64,000 nt of DNA from Phoronis australis (lineage: Eukaryota; Animalia; Phoronida), in assembly GCA_002633005.1 (NCBI GenBank), contig NMRA01000233.1:1-64000 (forward strand), given 5' to 3'. The notes under the pieces are model-generated. The model was not told the origin of the DNA. It worked only from the letters and a program-made list of their open reading frames with translations, and did no database searches. The position numbers were made by a program, and so were the translations under genes. Below are positions 13,150 through 26,800 of this stretch, in pieces. Within the stretch, counting starts at the first letter, position 1. Every line of letters starts with the position of its first letter.

Positions 13150-14004
13150 ATGCAGCATTAAATAATTAAGAACACAAATAAGGTGTGACAATTTCGAATT
13201 TATTAAAGAAGAAATTTCTTGACTATTTTTCGAATCAACAAAAAATATTTCCTAATCTTAACAAGGTAGCAAAAACGCCATCTTGTGACAAGTAGCGGGT
13301 AACAGTAATCTTGAAATTGGCGACCTTTTGAGGTTAAATTGCTCATTCTTATAGTGACACTGTTTGAGTTATAAAGCCCAAAAGGAAGTAGGTGACCACC
13401 ATTTTTTCATATGGGCATCAAATTAACACATACAAGAAAAAACGATGATGTAACTTTTTGAGTAGAAATCAAAAGTTTATTATTTGAGGAGCTCAAATTC
13501 AGAAAAAAGATTTATCTGCAACTGGCGTCAGAGCATCAGTATCAAAATATACGAAAACGACATTAAACAAAACTGTCATCGTGTACCAAAGTTAACTCGT
13601 TTTCAAAAGGATTTCAATCATTAAACCAATTTGCCAGAGGTGTCTTTGTGTAGGCGATTGTAAAGAAAACTAATTCGGTGAGCCCAGCATCTTGCAGAAT
13701 GGGGGACGACGGTCCCGGGCATTCACATACCAGGGACATTCAATCATTATGAATAAACTTTTTGTAATTTTGTTTCAGGTTTTTTAATTTTTTAGTACTA
13801 GGTTCCATGCATTTGAATAGAGAGAGTGTCATCCAATAAAAATCGCATTATAAAACTTTTCTAGATAATGACCATTCCAAGGATGATAATCTTTACCTAT
13901 TAGACCAATTGAACTGTAAACAGTGCAATGGACCTTGACCTATCATATGCTCCGGGAAGTTCTTATCAGCCAGTGGTTTATTCCCTTTCAAACAAAGAAT
14001 TTAC

Positions 14005-15585
14005 ATGGCTGGTGTCAAGGTGAGAGGCGTATTTTGCGCAATCGTGTTAATTCTGCAACCTTACCTTTGCCATTCAGAACATATTCTATTGGTCAGTGCA
14101 CCTGTGTTTAGCCACATGTTTCAACACGCTGCCATAGGAGATGAATTGACTAAAATGGGTCACCGAGTGAGTACTGTAGTTGAGGAGACGGTTCCGACTG
14201 AAAAAGTTTTGAAAAACACCAACATTTCTGTAATAACATTTAAAACTTCACGATCTCATGTTCCAATGCCATTTGGTAAGGACATGGACAAGCTAATGGA
14301 AGACTCCACTCACACGTCCTTGTATTACCTGCTTGATGAGATGAGCGAAAGAAGCATTCACTATTGTGACGCCTTGCTTTCAGACGAGGAATTCTTGAAC
14401 AGAGTGAGAAATGAGAAAGTCGACTTGGTACTGCTAGATGGCATACCATTCACACGTTGCTTTGCTTTGCTTCCCCAAAAGCTAGGTGTTCCATTTGTTG
14501 CCGAAACTCCTGCGTCTGAGACTTTCTTATCTGGAGCACCGTTTTGGCCAGTAGTAGAGGTGAATCCCTTCACAAAACTAACGCCAATTACGATGAACAT
14601 CTTCGGACGCCTGCGAACATTTGTTGAAATGCTTATTTTCAACTTTGCCGATTTTCCCAAGGATGGACAATGGTTAATTAAAAAGCACCTTTCCCACGCA
14701 AAAGCTGACCTGTGTTTTCAAGAACTGATGTCCGAATGTTTGCTGTGGTTATATGGAACAAAAGATCCCATTTTGGGCTATCCAGGGGCGTTAATGCCCA
14801 ATTCCATACTTGTTGGTGGACTAACAACAGCACCGGCTAAGCCCCTACAAGAAAGCCTGGAATCGTTCATGTCTAGTGCAGAAAATGGGGTTGTCTTGTT
14901 CTCCCTGGGATCAGTTTTGAAGACACTGCCTGTAATTCACCTGCAGAACGTCCTAGATGCCTTTTCCCGCTTAAAACAAAAGGTTGTTATGAAAGTTCAC
15001 GACCCATCTAGTCTTCGTCTTAGTTCAAATGTGAGATTAGAAGAATGGATTCCTCAAAATGATATTCTCGGTCACTCTAATACTAAACTCTTCATTACCC
15101 ACTGTGGAGCCAACAGTTTGTACGAGGCATTGTATCATGGTGTACCACTGCTCGGACTGCCCATAACTCCAAATGACCAACCAGTCAATGCAAGAATTAT
15201 CGAAAATAAGGGCTTTGGTCTGTGGCTCGACTTAAAAACGTTCACGCCTGATGACGTCGTTAACGCCGTAACAACAATACTTGATGATCCTACGTACGCT
15301 GTAAACATAAAGAAGGCGTCGACCGCGTTTAAATCCAAACCAATGACACCCAGAAAAACAGCAGCTTTTTGGATTGATTACGTCATGAAAAATGGTGGAA
15401 AATATCTACGTCCAGTTTCCTTAGATATGCCAGTGTGGAAAACTGCAATGATCGACATCGCTGCTTTTATTATGGGTTGTTTCTTATTGACTTCATTGGC
15501 AATCTACTTGTGTTTCAAAACAACGTATACAAACATTAGGAGAATGGGCACCATCAAAGTTCAAGATTTAAAGAAAAACAATTAG
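14005..15585 (+). CDS. UGT: UDP-glucuronosyl/glycosyltransferase (GT1, ER membrane type), single coding exon, 526 aa
   Basis: Signal peptide, catalytic-His motif FSHMF, FSLGS, UGT signature WIPQNDILGH...FITHCGANSLYEALYHGVP...DQ, C-terminal TM helix and KKxx ER-retrieval tail (KKNN); candidate 5'-UTR acceptor AG at 13777-13778. Confidence 0.97.
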   Translation: MAGVKVRGVFCAIVLILQPYLCHSEHILLVSAPVFSHMFQHAAIGDELTKMGHRVSTVVEETVPTEKVLKNTNISVITFKTSRSHVPMPFGKDMDKLMEDSTHTSLYYLLDEMSERSIHYCDALLSDEEFLNRVRNEKVDLVLLDGIPFTRCFALLPQKLGVPFVAETPASETFLSGAPFWPVVEVNPFTKLTPITMNIFGRLRTFVEMLIFNFADFPKDGQWLIKKHLSHAKADLCFQELMSECLLWLYGTKDPILGYPGALMPNSILVGGLTTAPAKPLQESLESFMSSAENGVVLFSLGSVLKTLPVIHLQNVLDAFSRLKQKVVMKVHDPSSLRLSSNVRLEEWIPQNDILGHSNTKLFITHCGANSLYEALYHGVPLLGLPITPNDQPVNARIIENKGFGLWLDLKTFTPDDVVNAVTTILDDPTYAVNIKKASTAFKSKPMTPRKTAAFWIDYVMKNGGKYLRPVSLDMPVWKTAMIDIAAFIMGCFLLTSLAIYLCFKTTYTNIRRMGTIKVQDLKKNN

Positions 15586-15699
15586 TAGTGTCTAGTGAGT
15601 GGAAATTCTGATCTTGACGTTTTTCCAAGACACGGCGTGGGACCTGTGGTTTCTTTCCCACCAGAAGTTTGAATTTGTAACATCTCTTCATTTTCCTGT

Positions 15700-16268
15700 T
15701 TATAATTCCTCTCTGGAGCATGTAAGTAATGTAAAATATTTAGGCATTTTTCTTGATAGACATCTTACCTGTCACGTACATGTAGATTTCATTTGTGTTC
15801 TAAGTGCCACAGAAAATTGGACAGCTTAAAATATTAAGAACGCTTTTTGATCTCGGTTTTCTAAATCTTTTGTACATAGCCTTAGTCTTGCCAAGTTCAG
15901 AATATTGCGATGTTGCACTCAGGTCTTCACATAAAAGTTAGCTGCACGAAGCATTTTTCAGGCAAACAAATGTACATGTCAAGTATCGACTGTATGCACT
16001 CTACTTTTGACTGGCTCAAATCAGATGTGCGTAGGGATGTGTTTAGCTATGCTCAATTGTCTCCATGGCATGGCAAGTGAGTATTGTTGTGACAAAATGT
16101 AATTAGTAAACAAGGTTACAATAATAATAGCAACAGGTCTAGTGAAGGTGGAATTATTTATATTCATAAAACCAGGACTAATTGTGGTAAACACCCGTTT
16201 TTTACTTTGGTGGAACGATCTCAATTCTGACGTCCATCAAAGTAATCCTATTTAATATTTCAAGTCCA
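15700..16268 (+). mobile_element. Decayed L2/CR1 LINE 3' ORF2 fragment
   Basis: Translates as LEHVSNVKYLGIFLDRHLTCHVHVDFIC...KIGQLK, typical of the post-RT region of L2/CR1; many stops and frameshifts. Confidence 0.65.
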
Positions 16269-16642
16269 GGTACCTGGGTACTATTTCATAATTTTACTAT
16301 TTTTAATTGTTTACCATTTCGCTCGTTCGTGTCAAATTTATTGGTACCTGGGTACTGTTTCATAATTTTACTATTTTTAATTGTTTAGCATTTCGCTCGT
16401 TCGTGTCAAATTTATTGGTACCTGGGTACTATTTCATAATTTTACTATTTTTAATTGTTTAGCATTTCGCTCGTTCGTGTCAAATTTATTGGTACCTGGG
16501 TACTATTTCATAATTTTACTATTTTTAATTGTTTAGCATTTCGCTCGTTCGTGTCAAATTTATTGTTACCTGGGTACTATTTCATAATTTTACTATTTTC
16601 AATTGTTTAGCATTTCGCTCGTTCGTGTCAAATTTATTGTTA
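16269..16642. repeat. 74-bp tandem repeat, 5 near-identical copies
   Basis: Unit ggtacctgggtactatttcataattttact...gtgtcaaatttatt starts at 16269, 16343, 16417, 16491, 16565. Confidence 0.97.
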
Positions 16643-17924
16643 ACGTTTTAATTTAATGTGCGTGAATGGAATATTAAACTTGTACGGAAAGTTTCCTCAA
16701 ATTTATTCGAGGACATTTAGGCCGCGATTAGAAAAGGGGACAGCAAAAACTAACGTATGATTAAAATTGACGTACATTTTCAGGCATCTTCAGGCTTGTA
16801 TACCTTTTCTATTAGTGGCAAACAGAAGTAATGAAGGGAATGTTTTCTCCTGTTGACCAACTATAAATTTCAAATGAATTTCAATGTTGCTGCTTACCCC
16901 GGGCAAGACCCAAATATGCTATCTTGATCTATTTTAAAGACGAAAGTGGACATTCCGTTTAGTATTACAGTACTAAATTAAGAATACATTTTTCTGATAT
17001 ACCAAAAAATGTTTTTCTTTCCTATTCTTTTCTGATTTAAGAATCACTATACTGTGTAACTTAATACACGTATTTCAGACGTGGACAATGTGAACAAGCG
17101 GCAAGCTTGGCTTATTTCTGTTCATATGCCAGGATTTACCCCTGTATTTTTATAGTTGTTTTTACAGAGGTCAAATAAATACCTCCACCACTTTGTTTTT
17201 TCCAAGTTTCCCTACTCACCTGAGCAGTGACTAATCTTGAGTTCGCACAAAAGTAGAGTAGAATATGCCAGCCATAATTTCGTGTCCCATTTAAAGCAAA
17301 GCGATTAAAGAGACAAGAACCCTAGCCTGTGTTTCTTGAGCATTAAAGCGGTGATGCGATATTTTAGTTGCGCATTTCAAAACACGACCGGATATGAGTT
17401 GAAGTGGTGAATTTGATAAAGCTCTGAATGAGATACATGTACAAACACAAAAACAAGCGCGTTATAAGCTCTTCGCTTCTATTTCAAACACCACCAATAG
17501 TGACATCAGACTTTTATTACAAACACTACTAATACTGACAGACTAACTTTTTTATCCAAAGCACTTGAAGACAACTATCTACGAAACCCAAGGCACTAAG
17601 TAGTACAGAATCCCACTCCATTCTAATTGCTTTACCATTAATAAGACAACCGACAGCTAGTCCACCATTTAACTATTACTATTCAACTATTAGCAGACAA
17701 TAATTGTAGTACAAAACACACATTCATAATAGAAATATAATGAACATTTATAAGCAGGCAAACTATCACAACCAAGTGGATAACAAAAATAAAATTTCAC
17801 ATTATGACTGGACAGCATTCAAGATTTGAGGATCAATTTTGCAGCATTATGCACATAGTACTTATAACTAGTAATTTAAGGTGCATTTGGATGAGCAAAA
17901 CAATGTCCCACATACCATCACAGG

Positions 17925-18790
17925 CAAAAGCCGCATTATTGTTGGACCAGTTCTGTTTCTAAAAGGGCAGCCATGTTCTGCTCAAGTTTTAAACAATATT
18001 GCACCAATTTGTTGTCTCAAAATATGATGCTATTTGATAGCTTTTGTTTGTGATAACTTTTAAAACCACTTCCCTACACCAGCAAAGTTGATATGTATTA
18101 TGACTTTTTACAGATGAAGATGTCAAAGAACAAAAACATTCAATATCAACAATGGCAGCAAACAAGGTACAGTGAGAATAACTGAGGAAAAAAGAGATAA
18201 AAGTAAAAAAATAAACCAGAAACGACCTATGTGAGCAAACCCTGACCAACCATACTACCGCATACCTCGCATTGTTTAAAGACCCCAGGCTCAATCAGTG
18301 TACATTGCTCGGAGAGTTGATTTGACATAAAAATTTTAAAAATGCAAAAAGGTTTTACTGGCTAATTTAGGTGAACATGTGAACTGCAGTGTTTCAGTTT
18401 TGTGATGTTTATGTAACGACTACTTAAAGACAATTCAGGCTTAATGTTAAGTGAAGACTTGCAACCTCACGAAGCAGGCCAAGGGTTCAGTGTATCCCAC
18501 TATACTTCATCACTGAGGCCGCCAGTTGCCAAGGGAACAAAACAATTTGTTTCAGGCTGGCGGAGAATGGATTCATGTTTAATGGCAAGTCACAATTTGC
18601 CATTTGTCAACATTTACAAACTGTCTCACTATTGTCACAACTTTTTGGTGCGCATCAACTTAAGTTGCTTTTGACACATATGAGAGAAGCAACATTTTTC
18701 AGTGATAATGAGGCATTTCATAATTTACAATTAATTTGTGAAAAGGAAACACCACTTGATGCAGCATAAAATAACTGAAAACCCAATAAA
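17925..18790 (+). repeat. Direct-repeat segment A' (LINE-free paralog of 9470-10318 + 13150-13180)
   Basis: Colinear similarity; cacttgat-gcagcat is contiguous here but split by the LINE in copy A. Confidence 0.85.
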
Positions 18791-20736
18791 ACACTAACAC
18801 TAACTACTTATTTCATCATTTTGTCACAGAATTTGCAAAATGTGAAAAATTGTAACAGAATTTCAGGCAAGCTCATTTCGTCACAGAATGTCACCATTTC
18901 ACAGGGAATCCATTCTCTGCCGTGAGAAGTAGTCCTCTTCCACACTTAGAACAAGCTATAAATCACCAACTGCATGTGAAGGGGCAACGGTACCAAAGAC
19001 ATCCATAAAAAACTAAAACAAATCATACACATGCACATCTGCCACCTGTCGTCTGTACTATGAACTCAGTGCACATGTCCTCATCTTGTGAAATTCAGTA
19101 AGTAGCACTCCTGCTAAATTGTTCTAAAACTTATAGTCACATTTACTGACATTTCTAACTAGTACAGTAAAATTGCATTCGTTGTTATGCTAGACCTAGA
19201 CCGAAGTCAACTCTTTTTTTCTACAACCACGAGAATAAAACAACTCTAATACAGCTACATACTAATGTTGTGTTAAAAACAATGTCCTATTATCAAGACA
19301 ACAACATGATTTGAGAGTCTCTCCAATAGGTAGCAGTCAAATCTTGCATCAGGTGTCAGTTTGCACAGTTATTACGCCAAGTTCAAGGCCGTAAGAACAA
19401 TTAACAAAATGATGGGATATTTTACCCAGCAACAAGCATATACACAAAATCTCTTTCTCAAGTTATTATTATTTAAATGTATCCTATCACTTTGAGACAC
19501 CTTGTACACTTCAAAAATAGGGCCGACCCGAATTACACAGCGAAAGAACTCTCCTTTGCCTTGGAGGTAAGAAAGCGCATTGTTTTCATAGGCCTCATTT
19601 AAGAATGTCGGGTAGATTTTCACATGTCATGTCTGAAACCGTGGAGGTGTGTGGCTGTTGAAATTTTCCAAATTACAACACTGTTTAAATATACCAGAAT
19701 TGAAAAAGCATCTTCAAGAAAGGGGATTCTACTGGGTTAAAAATTAACAGGATAAACTGTTTTATCCTCTTGCTCTGGATTTTATTACCTTTGACTGAAG
19801 AAGCCAAAGGACATAACATCATGTATCCATGAATATTTGTAAAGTCTATCCAGCTTCCTCCCATCGGTGTTGCAGCCAACAGCAAAGCAGTAATACTTCG
19901 TTGGAGTTGGAAGGATGGATGGAGTAATGCAGCTGAATTAAACTTATAAAGCATACGGCAACGAAGAACATGTGGAATTCTAATGGCGTTAAAACAAAGC
20001 TGTAAAAGTACTTGACGGATATCGCAGCACAGTGGGTAAATACAGTGAGATTTGACTGTTGCTGCATAATGCGGGACGTCCCTACTTCTCAACTGTAATA
20101 ACAGGGAACAAATGAATCTATATACATAACGTTAAAACACTGTCTTACGTTAACTTAAAATAACAATATCCATATCCTAAACTCTCTAATCTCAAAGTTG
20201 TAAATATCGCTTTGAGGACAAGAGGAGAAATGTCAGGCTCAGCTATGAACACATTAGACTATTTTAAGGCAAAAGTTAATTTCCTACAATGTCGTATAAC
20301 ACTCACTGGAGAAGATTTAGTGAATCAAAGTCCAAAAACAGAATTCAATTTATCTAGAATGTACACTTCAATAGTGTGTGTGTGTGTGCGTGTGTCACTG
20401 ACATAATTAAATCTGTAACATCAAATCCAACGAAATGAACCCTGGAAAAAGGAGTGCCTATAAGTTTCTATTTTAAAATCAATTCAAATGTTGAGCAAAT
20501 TGTTCTTTTGACAAGGAATGGTGACAAAACAGCAGAAACTGAAAGAGCAAAACTCACATGAGTTCGATCCTGAACCCCACCAAGATAATTAATCCAAGTC
20601 CAGCGAAATCTGACTTTTCTGAAGAGCCTAACATACATACTGTTGAACACCGTTCGGGTTAGATGACGATGTCATAAATATACATCCAACGTTTCACTGT
20701 AGTTTTAACATTCAGAGACTAGATCAATCACTGCAC

Positions 20737-20862
20737 CTAGCTCTCAATGATTTTCACACTTCTTAATTCTTCCGCTTGGAGCCCAACAACTTTTTCTAAG
20801 GTATCCGCAATACTTTTGACCACATCCTCATTTGGATTTTTTGAATGCCACTTGACAAAACA
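20737..20862 (-). CDS. TNFR exon 12: death domain C-terminal part and stop
   Basis: CFVKWHSKNPNEDVVKSIADTLEKVVGLQAEELRSVKIIES*; conserved death-domain Trp follows YQ at the expected spacing. Confidence 0.82.
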   Translation of the reverse strand, partial: CFVKWHSKNPNEDVVKSIADTLEKVVGLQAEELRSVKIIES

Positions 20863-23800
20863 CTGAAAACACAAACAAGTAAAAATGTAGTACAGCAACT
20901 CATTCCAGCAACATGTAACAATACATATTGCAGTAACTCAACAACGTGTAAGAGTGCACAATAAAGTAACTCAATAACATGTAAGAGTGCACAGTATAGT
21001 AACTCAATAACATGTAAGAGTGCACAGTACAATAACTCAATAACATGTATGAGTGCAGAGTACAGTGACCCAATAATATGTATGAGTGCACGGTACAGTA
21101 ACTCAATAACATGTAAGTGTGCAGTGTACAGTAACCCAATAACACATATGAGTGCACAGTACACCAACTCAATAACATGTAAGAGTGCAGTGTACAGTAA
21201 CCCAATAACATGTATGAGTGCACAGTACAGTAATTCAATAACATGCACTCAAAATACTTTCGTATGTACAGTCACCTTCTCACTTAATTTAATCACAAAC
21301 AGGAACCATAACAAAAATGTATTTCAGTACCAAACTGATGAGACATGACTGCAAGATTTAAAGGTTCATTAACTATAAGCAGTTCTGTGGAAATACAGTA
21401 TACAGCAGGCACTAGGAATAAGGAAGTTGGTTTTCAGAAAGTGATTTACCTGCAGTTCTCCCTGTCTCAGCATAAGGATGGACTTCAGTCAGGTGAATAC
21501 GATTTTGCAAATTGTAAGCAGGAAATGAAATTGAGGATAAATCAAAACCAACAGGGAAAGTTTCAACTTTGCAGAACTAAAATCAAGAATACCTGGTACA
21601 TAACTTCAGATATTCCATTCGGCCTATGGTCATGATAAATAGTGTCTATTTCTTGCTCAGTTAGACGATTTGTTCCTGAAAAGAAAAAAAGTCTTTGACA
21701 GAATCTCTGTTGAAAACTCACAATGAGAAAACTGGTTTCTTAAGCAATGTAATTCATAGTACAGAACATTACCACATTTGCTAAGCATAAACAAATATAT
21801 TTCTGTTCCATTTTTTCCAGGAAAACAACGATATGAATGTTAGTGTGGACAAGTCTGCACACGCAGCCAAGTATTTAATACATTAAGTCTACTACCTAAT
21901 CTAACTCTGTCAGTAAATGTACCGGTACATACTTTCTAAAAGTAGGAGTGGTGAATAAAATTGTGAACTTTATACTGAACTGTTATTGAGTGGGTAACTT
22001 GACAATTTTTGTACAATTCAGCAAAAATAAAGGTACACTCGAAGCAAAAATGGCTCATCAAAATGGTGACTTTTTAACAAAAATTCAAAATGAAATGATC
22101 TCGATCAAGCTGTCACAGTTTCTTTGATTCATTTTTTAGTTTCTGTTTTATACAACTATGAAGTGGCATTGTTGGTGAGATAAGTGGTTTTCTTAAATCA
22201 GCCCTAGAGGGAAATTAAACTTACAGCAATCAGAGTCCAACATTTCGCCAATGTACTAATCACCAATCATTAAATGACACAGTATTTTAAAGGTATTTAG
22301 TATAAGTTGTAAAACAGCCAGCCTTGATTTTAGCAAGTGACGGTGAGAAATGACCATGTGTAATCAAATCACAAAAACAGCTTTTGTTGTTTTAAAGCTC
22401 TGGTCAAAGCCAACAACTTCCAACAAGTCGATCCAAAAATCAAGTGTAATCCCTTTAAGTCCCAAATTCCAGTAGCATCTGATGCAAATTTGGAAGGGAC
22501 AGTTTACAAATTACGTTATTACGTCCCTCCCTTCCTGTCATCACTCCCTGACCATCCTTCCCACATCCAGCCAATAACTACGCCATCACAGCTAAACCCT
22601 AAGTATTGGTATCGGTAACAAGCAAGGGCCCTGTTTGACATTGTGTTTTGATGACCACATCACTGTTTTCACTACCTCTTGCCCATGATTTTTCTATTGT
22701 TTTCAAAGGCTGCAGGCACCTAATTTGTCATGAATTATCAGAACAACGAATCGCCCATAAGATTACCACTTGCTGAAGATTGGGATCGTGTTACAGATCA
22801 ATCACAGTGTGTGTACAGGCTTTTTACAAACTGCTACCAAAGCATTAGCAATACGCAGTAAAACATAAGTAAATTAGACATTCATATACCAAATTTTCCT
22901 TCAACTTGGACAAAATTCAATGGTACGGTTGTTCTAGTATGTGAACTTGTCCCCTCAGAGGTCGTTTTTCACTATACGTGGATCAAATCTCACAGTCTCA
23001 CTGGTAGGATCACGGCATAGACGAGTTTTACTACAGTAGTACTCAAATTACTTCGGTACCTGGCAACGTTCTCATTGCTCTTTTCCAATTGTTCGTCTGA
23101 AGAACATCTGCAGCCTCATGGAAAAATGTTGCCCGTGTCATTTCTAAAAAAGCGTAAAAAACAAAAAACTTTACTTGCTTGATAGCATTAGAGTGGCTAA
23201 GCTTGAATAGTATAAAACAGTTGTGCGTTGACGATATTGCTCCGAATTACATACACTCAACTAAGATCACCTTTTTAGACATGTACATCCTGTGAATTAC
23301 AAAATTTTAATTAGAAAAAGGTTTATTAAAAAAATCTGCCTATTTATTAATCTCAGACACATCAATATACATGAAATATTCAGAGGTTTTGTTTTTGTGT
23401 CTTGAAAGCCAAAAATATGGATGAAGCCAATTTTTCTACATACTCATTCTTATAACCGAGATCTGAAACATATAAAGGGAAATCAACAAAAACACTTCAA
23501 TTTTGCTCTACGGTTATCACAAAAAAAAAGCTACAAGAAGACAAGATTCTGACTTAATTTCTCCAATCAAACATAGTAATTCTGTTATTTCCAATTTTCG
23601 CTGTCTCCAGGCAGCCTATGAAACAAAATTTGTTTTAGAAATTTCTACAGTGCACAAGTTTACTATAATCAGCAAGATTATCAAAACATCAATCTCAGAC
23701 GTTAAGAGTTATCCACTTTTAACATCGTTTAAGAAACTCATAATGGCGTAAGACTGTTTTCTGGTGCTCTTGATTAGTTGTAACCATCTTGTGGGCTTTC

Positions 23801-26800
23801 TATTTCTTTGATGGCAAAGGACATAATTACCACGAACACAGTTTTTATGCAAATGCAGGTTATTGGCAATCGTTCTCAATTTTCTACAGATAATTTGGCC
23901 AAAAACCAAAAATGTGAAGCCCATTTTGTCTTAACCCATGAATTACAAGCCTCTTTTTCGTTAGAAAAAAGTTAAATTTTTCATCTTAAAGCAAAAATTA
24001 TCTGCAAGTGTATACCTGACCAGCCAACCTTGTATGGATGACCTTGGTCAAGAAAACTGGGTCAACTGGACGTGGTCCAAGAACAGCTATATTAGGTGCT
24101 AAAAGCCAGTTTTAGGTGAGATGTTATGAGTTTATGATTGAATGTTTACTGATCTTACTGAGTGATTAATGAATTAAAGCCCAAATGTTCAATGCGCTAG
24201 TTGACAGCTCTTGAAATAACACTAATAAGCAGATAGAAGCTAACTTCACGACTGAAGATAGGAACACAAAAAGTAACGATATACTTCACTTGTTTTTTGT
24301 CCATGAAGTTGACAGAATTGATTTAGTAAACTGTAAAAATAAAAATTTAACGTTGAAAAGTATGCATGGTTTGAGAAATAAAACGACAAATGCCATGGTG
24401 AAATTTAAAATGGCACAGAGGGATGCTACTGACGGCTGTCAAATCGTTCATGCCAAATTTCAGAGGATTTTGACTGGACAACCAACCAACCGGCGGACGG
24501 GATGACAAAATGCACCAACACATGTATACATATGTACAAAACCATACCTCACACTTGTGACATTTTTTAGGACGATATGTGTTTGAAATGTTGTTGGGGA
24601 CCCATTTTATATATCGATGTCAGTAAAAACCACTTACTCACATTCAGATAATCTGAGCACAGAATAACAACAGTTCAAGGGTCTCTGAATCTTGGACAGT
24701 AAAATGCATGGATCTTGCTTTGAAGTTTACCAGCAATGTTTGCAGAATGCTACGTTTGAACAAGTTTAGAAAGTGGCAATTACACAGAAATGCACACTTG
24801 AATGTACCATAAGGTAGTAATGTTATACCTTTTACTTTTCCAAGTGGTCGACGAGGAGAAACCTGAAGCAGGGGTGAAGGCTGTAGAACAATAACTGAAA
24901 GAAAGTAATGATGTCTTGATCGTGATATGCGCACTGAAGTATATCACAACCAATTCTAGACTTACGAATTTCACAAATTATCTCATACAAATTGATAATG
25001 GAGCAAATAGCAGGAAAATGTCCACATACGGAGGGATGACAGGACGCAGACACATGGACACACACGACAATATACACTATTCACAGGAAAGCATGGAACA
25101 AAACATGCGCTTAGTATGAGATTTGCTTTTACAATAACACAACTTCGGGGTAATAGTTACCTACAGAGCTCCCAGACTTTGAGAACCATGCAGCTTCTTC
25201 TACTAAACAACGGGGATGAACCTGGTTCTCAAACTGCAGGACCCCTGTAAGTGGCTGCTTAAGTGTCCAACTAAGAGTATTACAGTTACATAATTGCCAA
25301 AACGGTACAATACAAATAGGCTGCAAAACATAACCCCATGGAAAATCAGGTTAGGAATATTTCGAGGGAAAATTATTTGAAAGCACCCCATGTCATGAGC
25401 AGAAGGTCACAGCATCGAGTCCGAGCATACCATAACCATTTAATACCATTGATACTACTAACAAATCTTGGCATAATTTTAAATTAACAACAGTACTGCT
25501 TAATTTACAAATTAATTCAATCAAGAATCTTCACCATCATCTTCACTGGCACTAGTCTCAAACAATGGGGTGGTCTCTGGGTCACTATTTCTGGACGATG
25601 ACCTCTTGTAGTCCGGTTTGCCACACGACTGATGACCTTCAATACAATTCAAGTGATGCATTGCTTAATCAGTTTCCTTAACGTTAAATTATTCTGTGAA
25701 CATCAAAACATTAATGTCTACATGCCAAAATGACCCAGAATATTGCTATGACGACTGAATGCAATTCTCCGTAAAACTAGCTGAATTAAGGGGTCCTGAC
25801 TGATTAAGTGCAGCGGCAGAAGCAGGTTTTTGGTGTATACAGTTTTACATGCTAATATGTAGCTGAGAATGAGTATGTTACCATACTGTAAGCCACTGAA
25901 AAGACTGTGCATGCAACAAAACCGAATTCTGTTTCACTTGCTCTTAACAAACAGCCATCATTTTCATTGATATCATTTGTCATCTGATTAGATTTAAATT
26001 TACTTACTCCATGAAACTTAAGCACCAATTACTACACGGGCTCTATACTGACGGTAACATGTTGCAGGAATGAAATTGTGAATGTGTTCAAAATTTCGAT
26101 GAAATTTGATAATCACCTCTGTCCATCAACATGTGGTGAACACATCCACTAAAACAAGAAACTGTAGGAGCACCGCATTTATCCACCTTCACTCTTATCA
26201 GGCTTCTATTGTGAGTCAGCATGCGTGAATAATTGGCTGATAAGCCACCTCTGGAACTACTTTTGGCTGAATAGATGACCAGGCCATAAAATGATAATAT
26301 TAGCCAAGACCAGTTACTAATGCAACAAAGAATAATGTCGTAGTATCACCTAGCCTTGGTGGAAAGCTGTATACTGTATTGGCTCTAATAAACGCTTAGA
26401 AAAAATCATTTCACGGGGAGGGGATTCTTATTGTAGCCTACGGCAGTTGAAAGCCGGTTTCCCAAACGGGTAAAATCGGAAGCTAGGATTCATAAAATTT
26501 ACGCTTTGTGACGAATTTTTAGCCTATGACAGTCTTTCTACAAAATTGTGGTGCATTGCTATGAACTTCCGTTGTTAAATTACGATAATTTTTCAAAAAA
26601 TTGTGCTCATCACAGGGCGAAAACTTGCCGACTGATGCGTCGCCGCTGAATCGCCATCGTCAATAGGAAAACTTGTACTCTTGAATAAAAATATAGTTTC
26701 GACTCAACAAATTACCTGAAATCTTCCTGATGTTTTACAATTTTTAAAGTTCATGTGGAGTCCAGATTAATTGCGATTAAGTCCAAATGTGCGCTACATC

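Noticed and set aside
16269-16642. CRISPR-like array
   Set aside because: Units are head-to-tail identical with no unique spacers, no cas genes, eukaryotic context
19685-20092. 135-aa ORF as the receptor's terminal coding exon
   Set aside because: The death domain is completed and terminated by 20862-20737; this ORF has no recognisable domain and fits better as 3' UTR
20796-21348. Repetitive Cys/Leu-rich ORFs (LLHVIELLYCA)n
   Set aside because: By-product of a 33-bp intronic minisatellite, open in several frames
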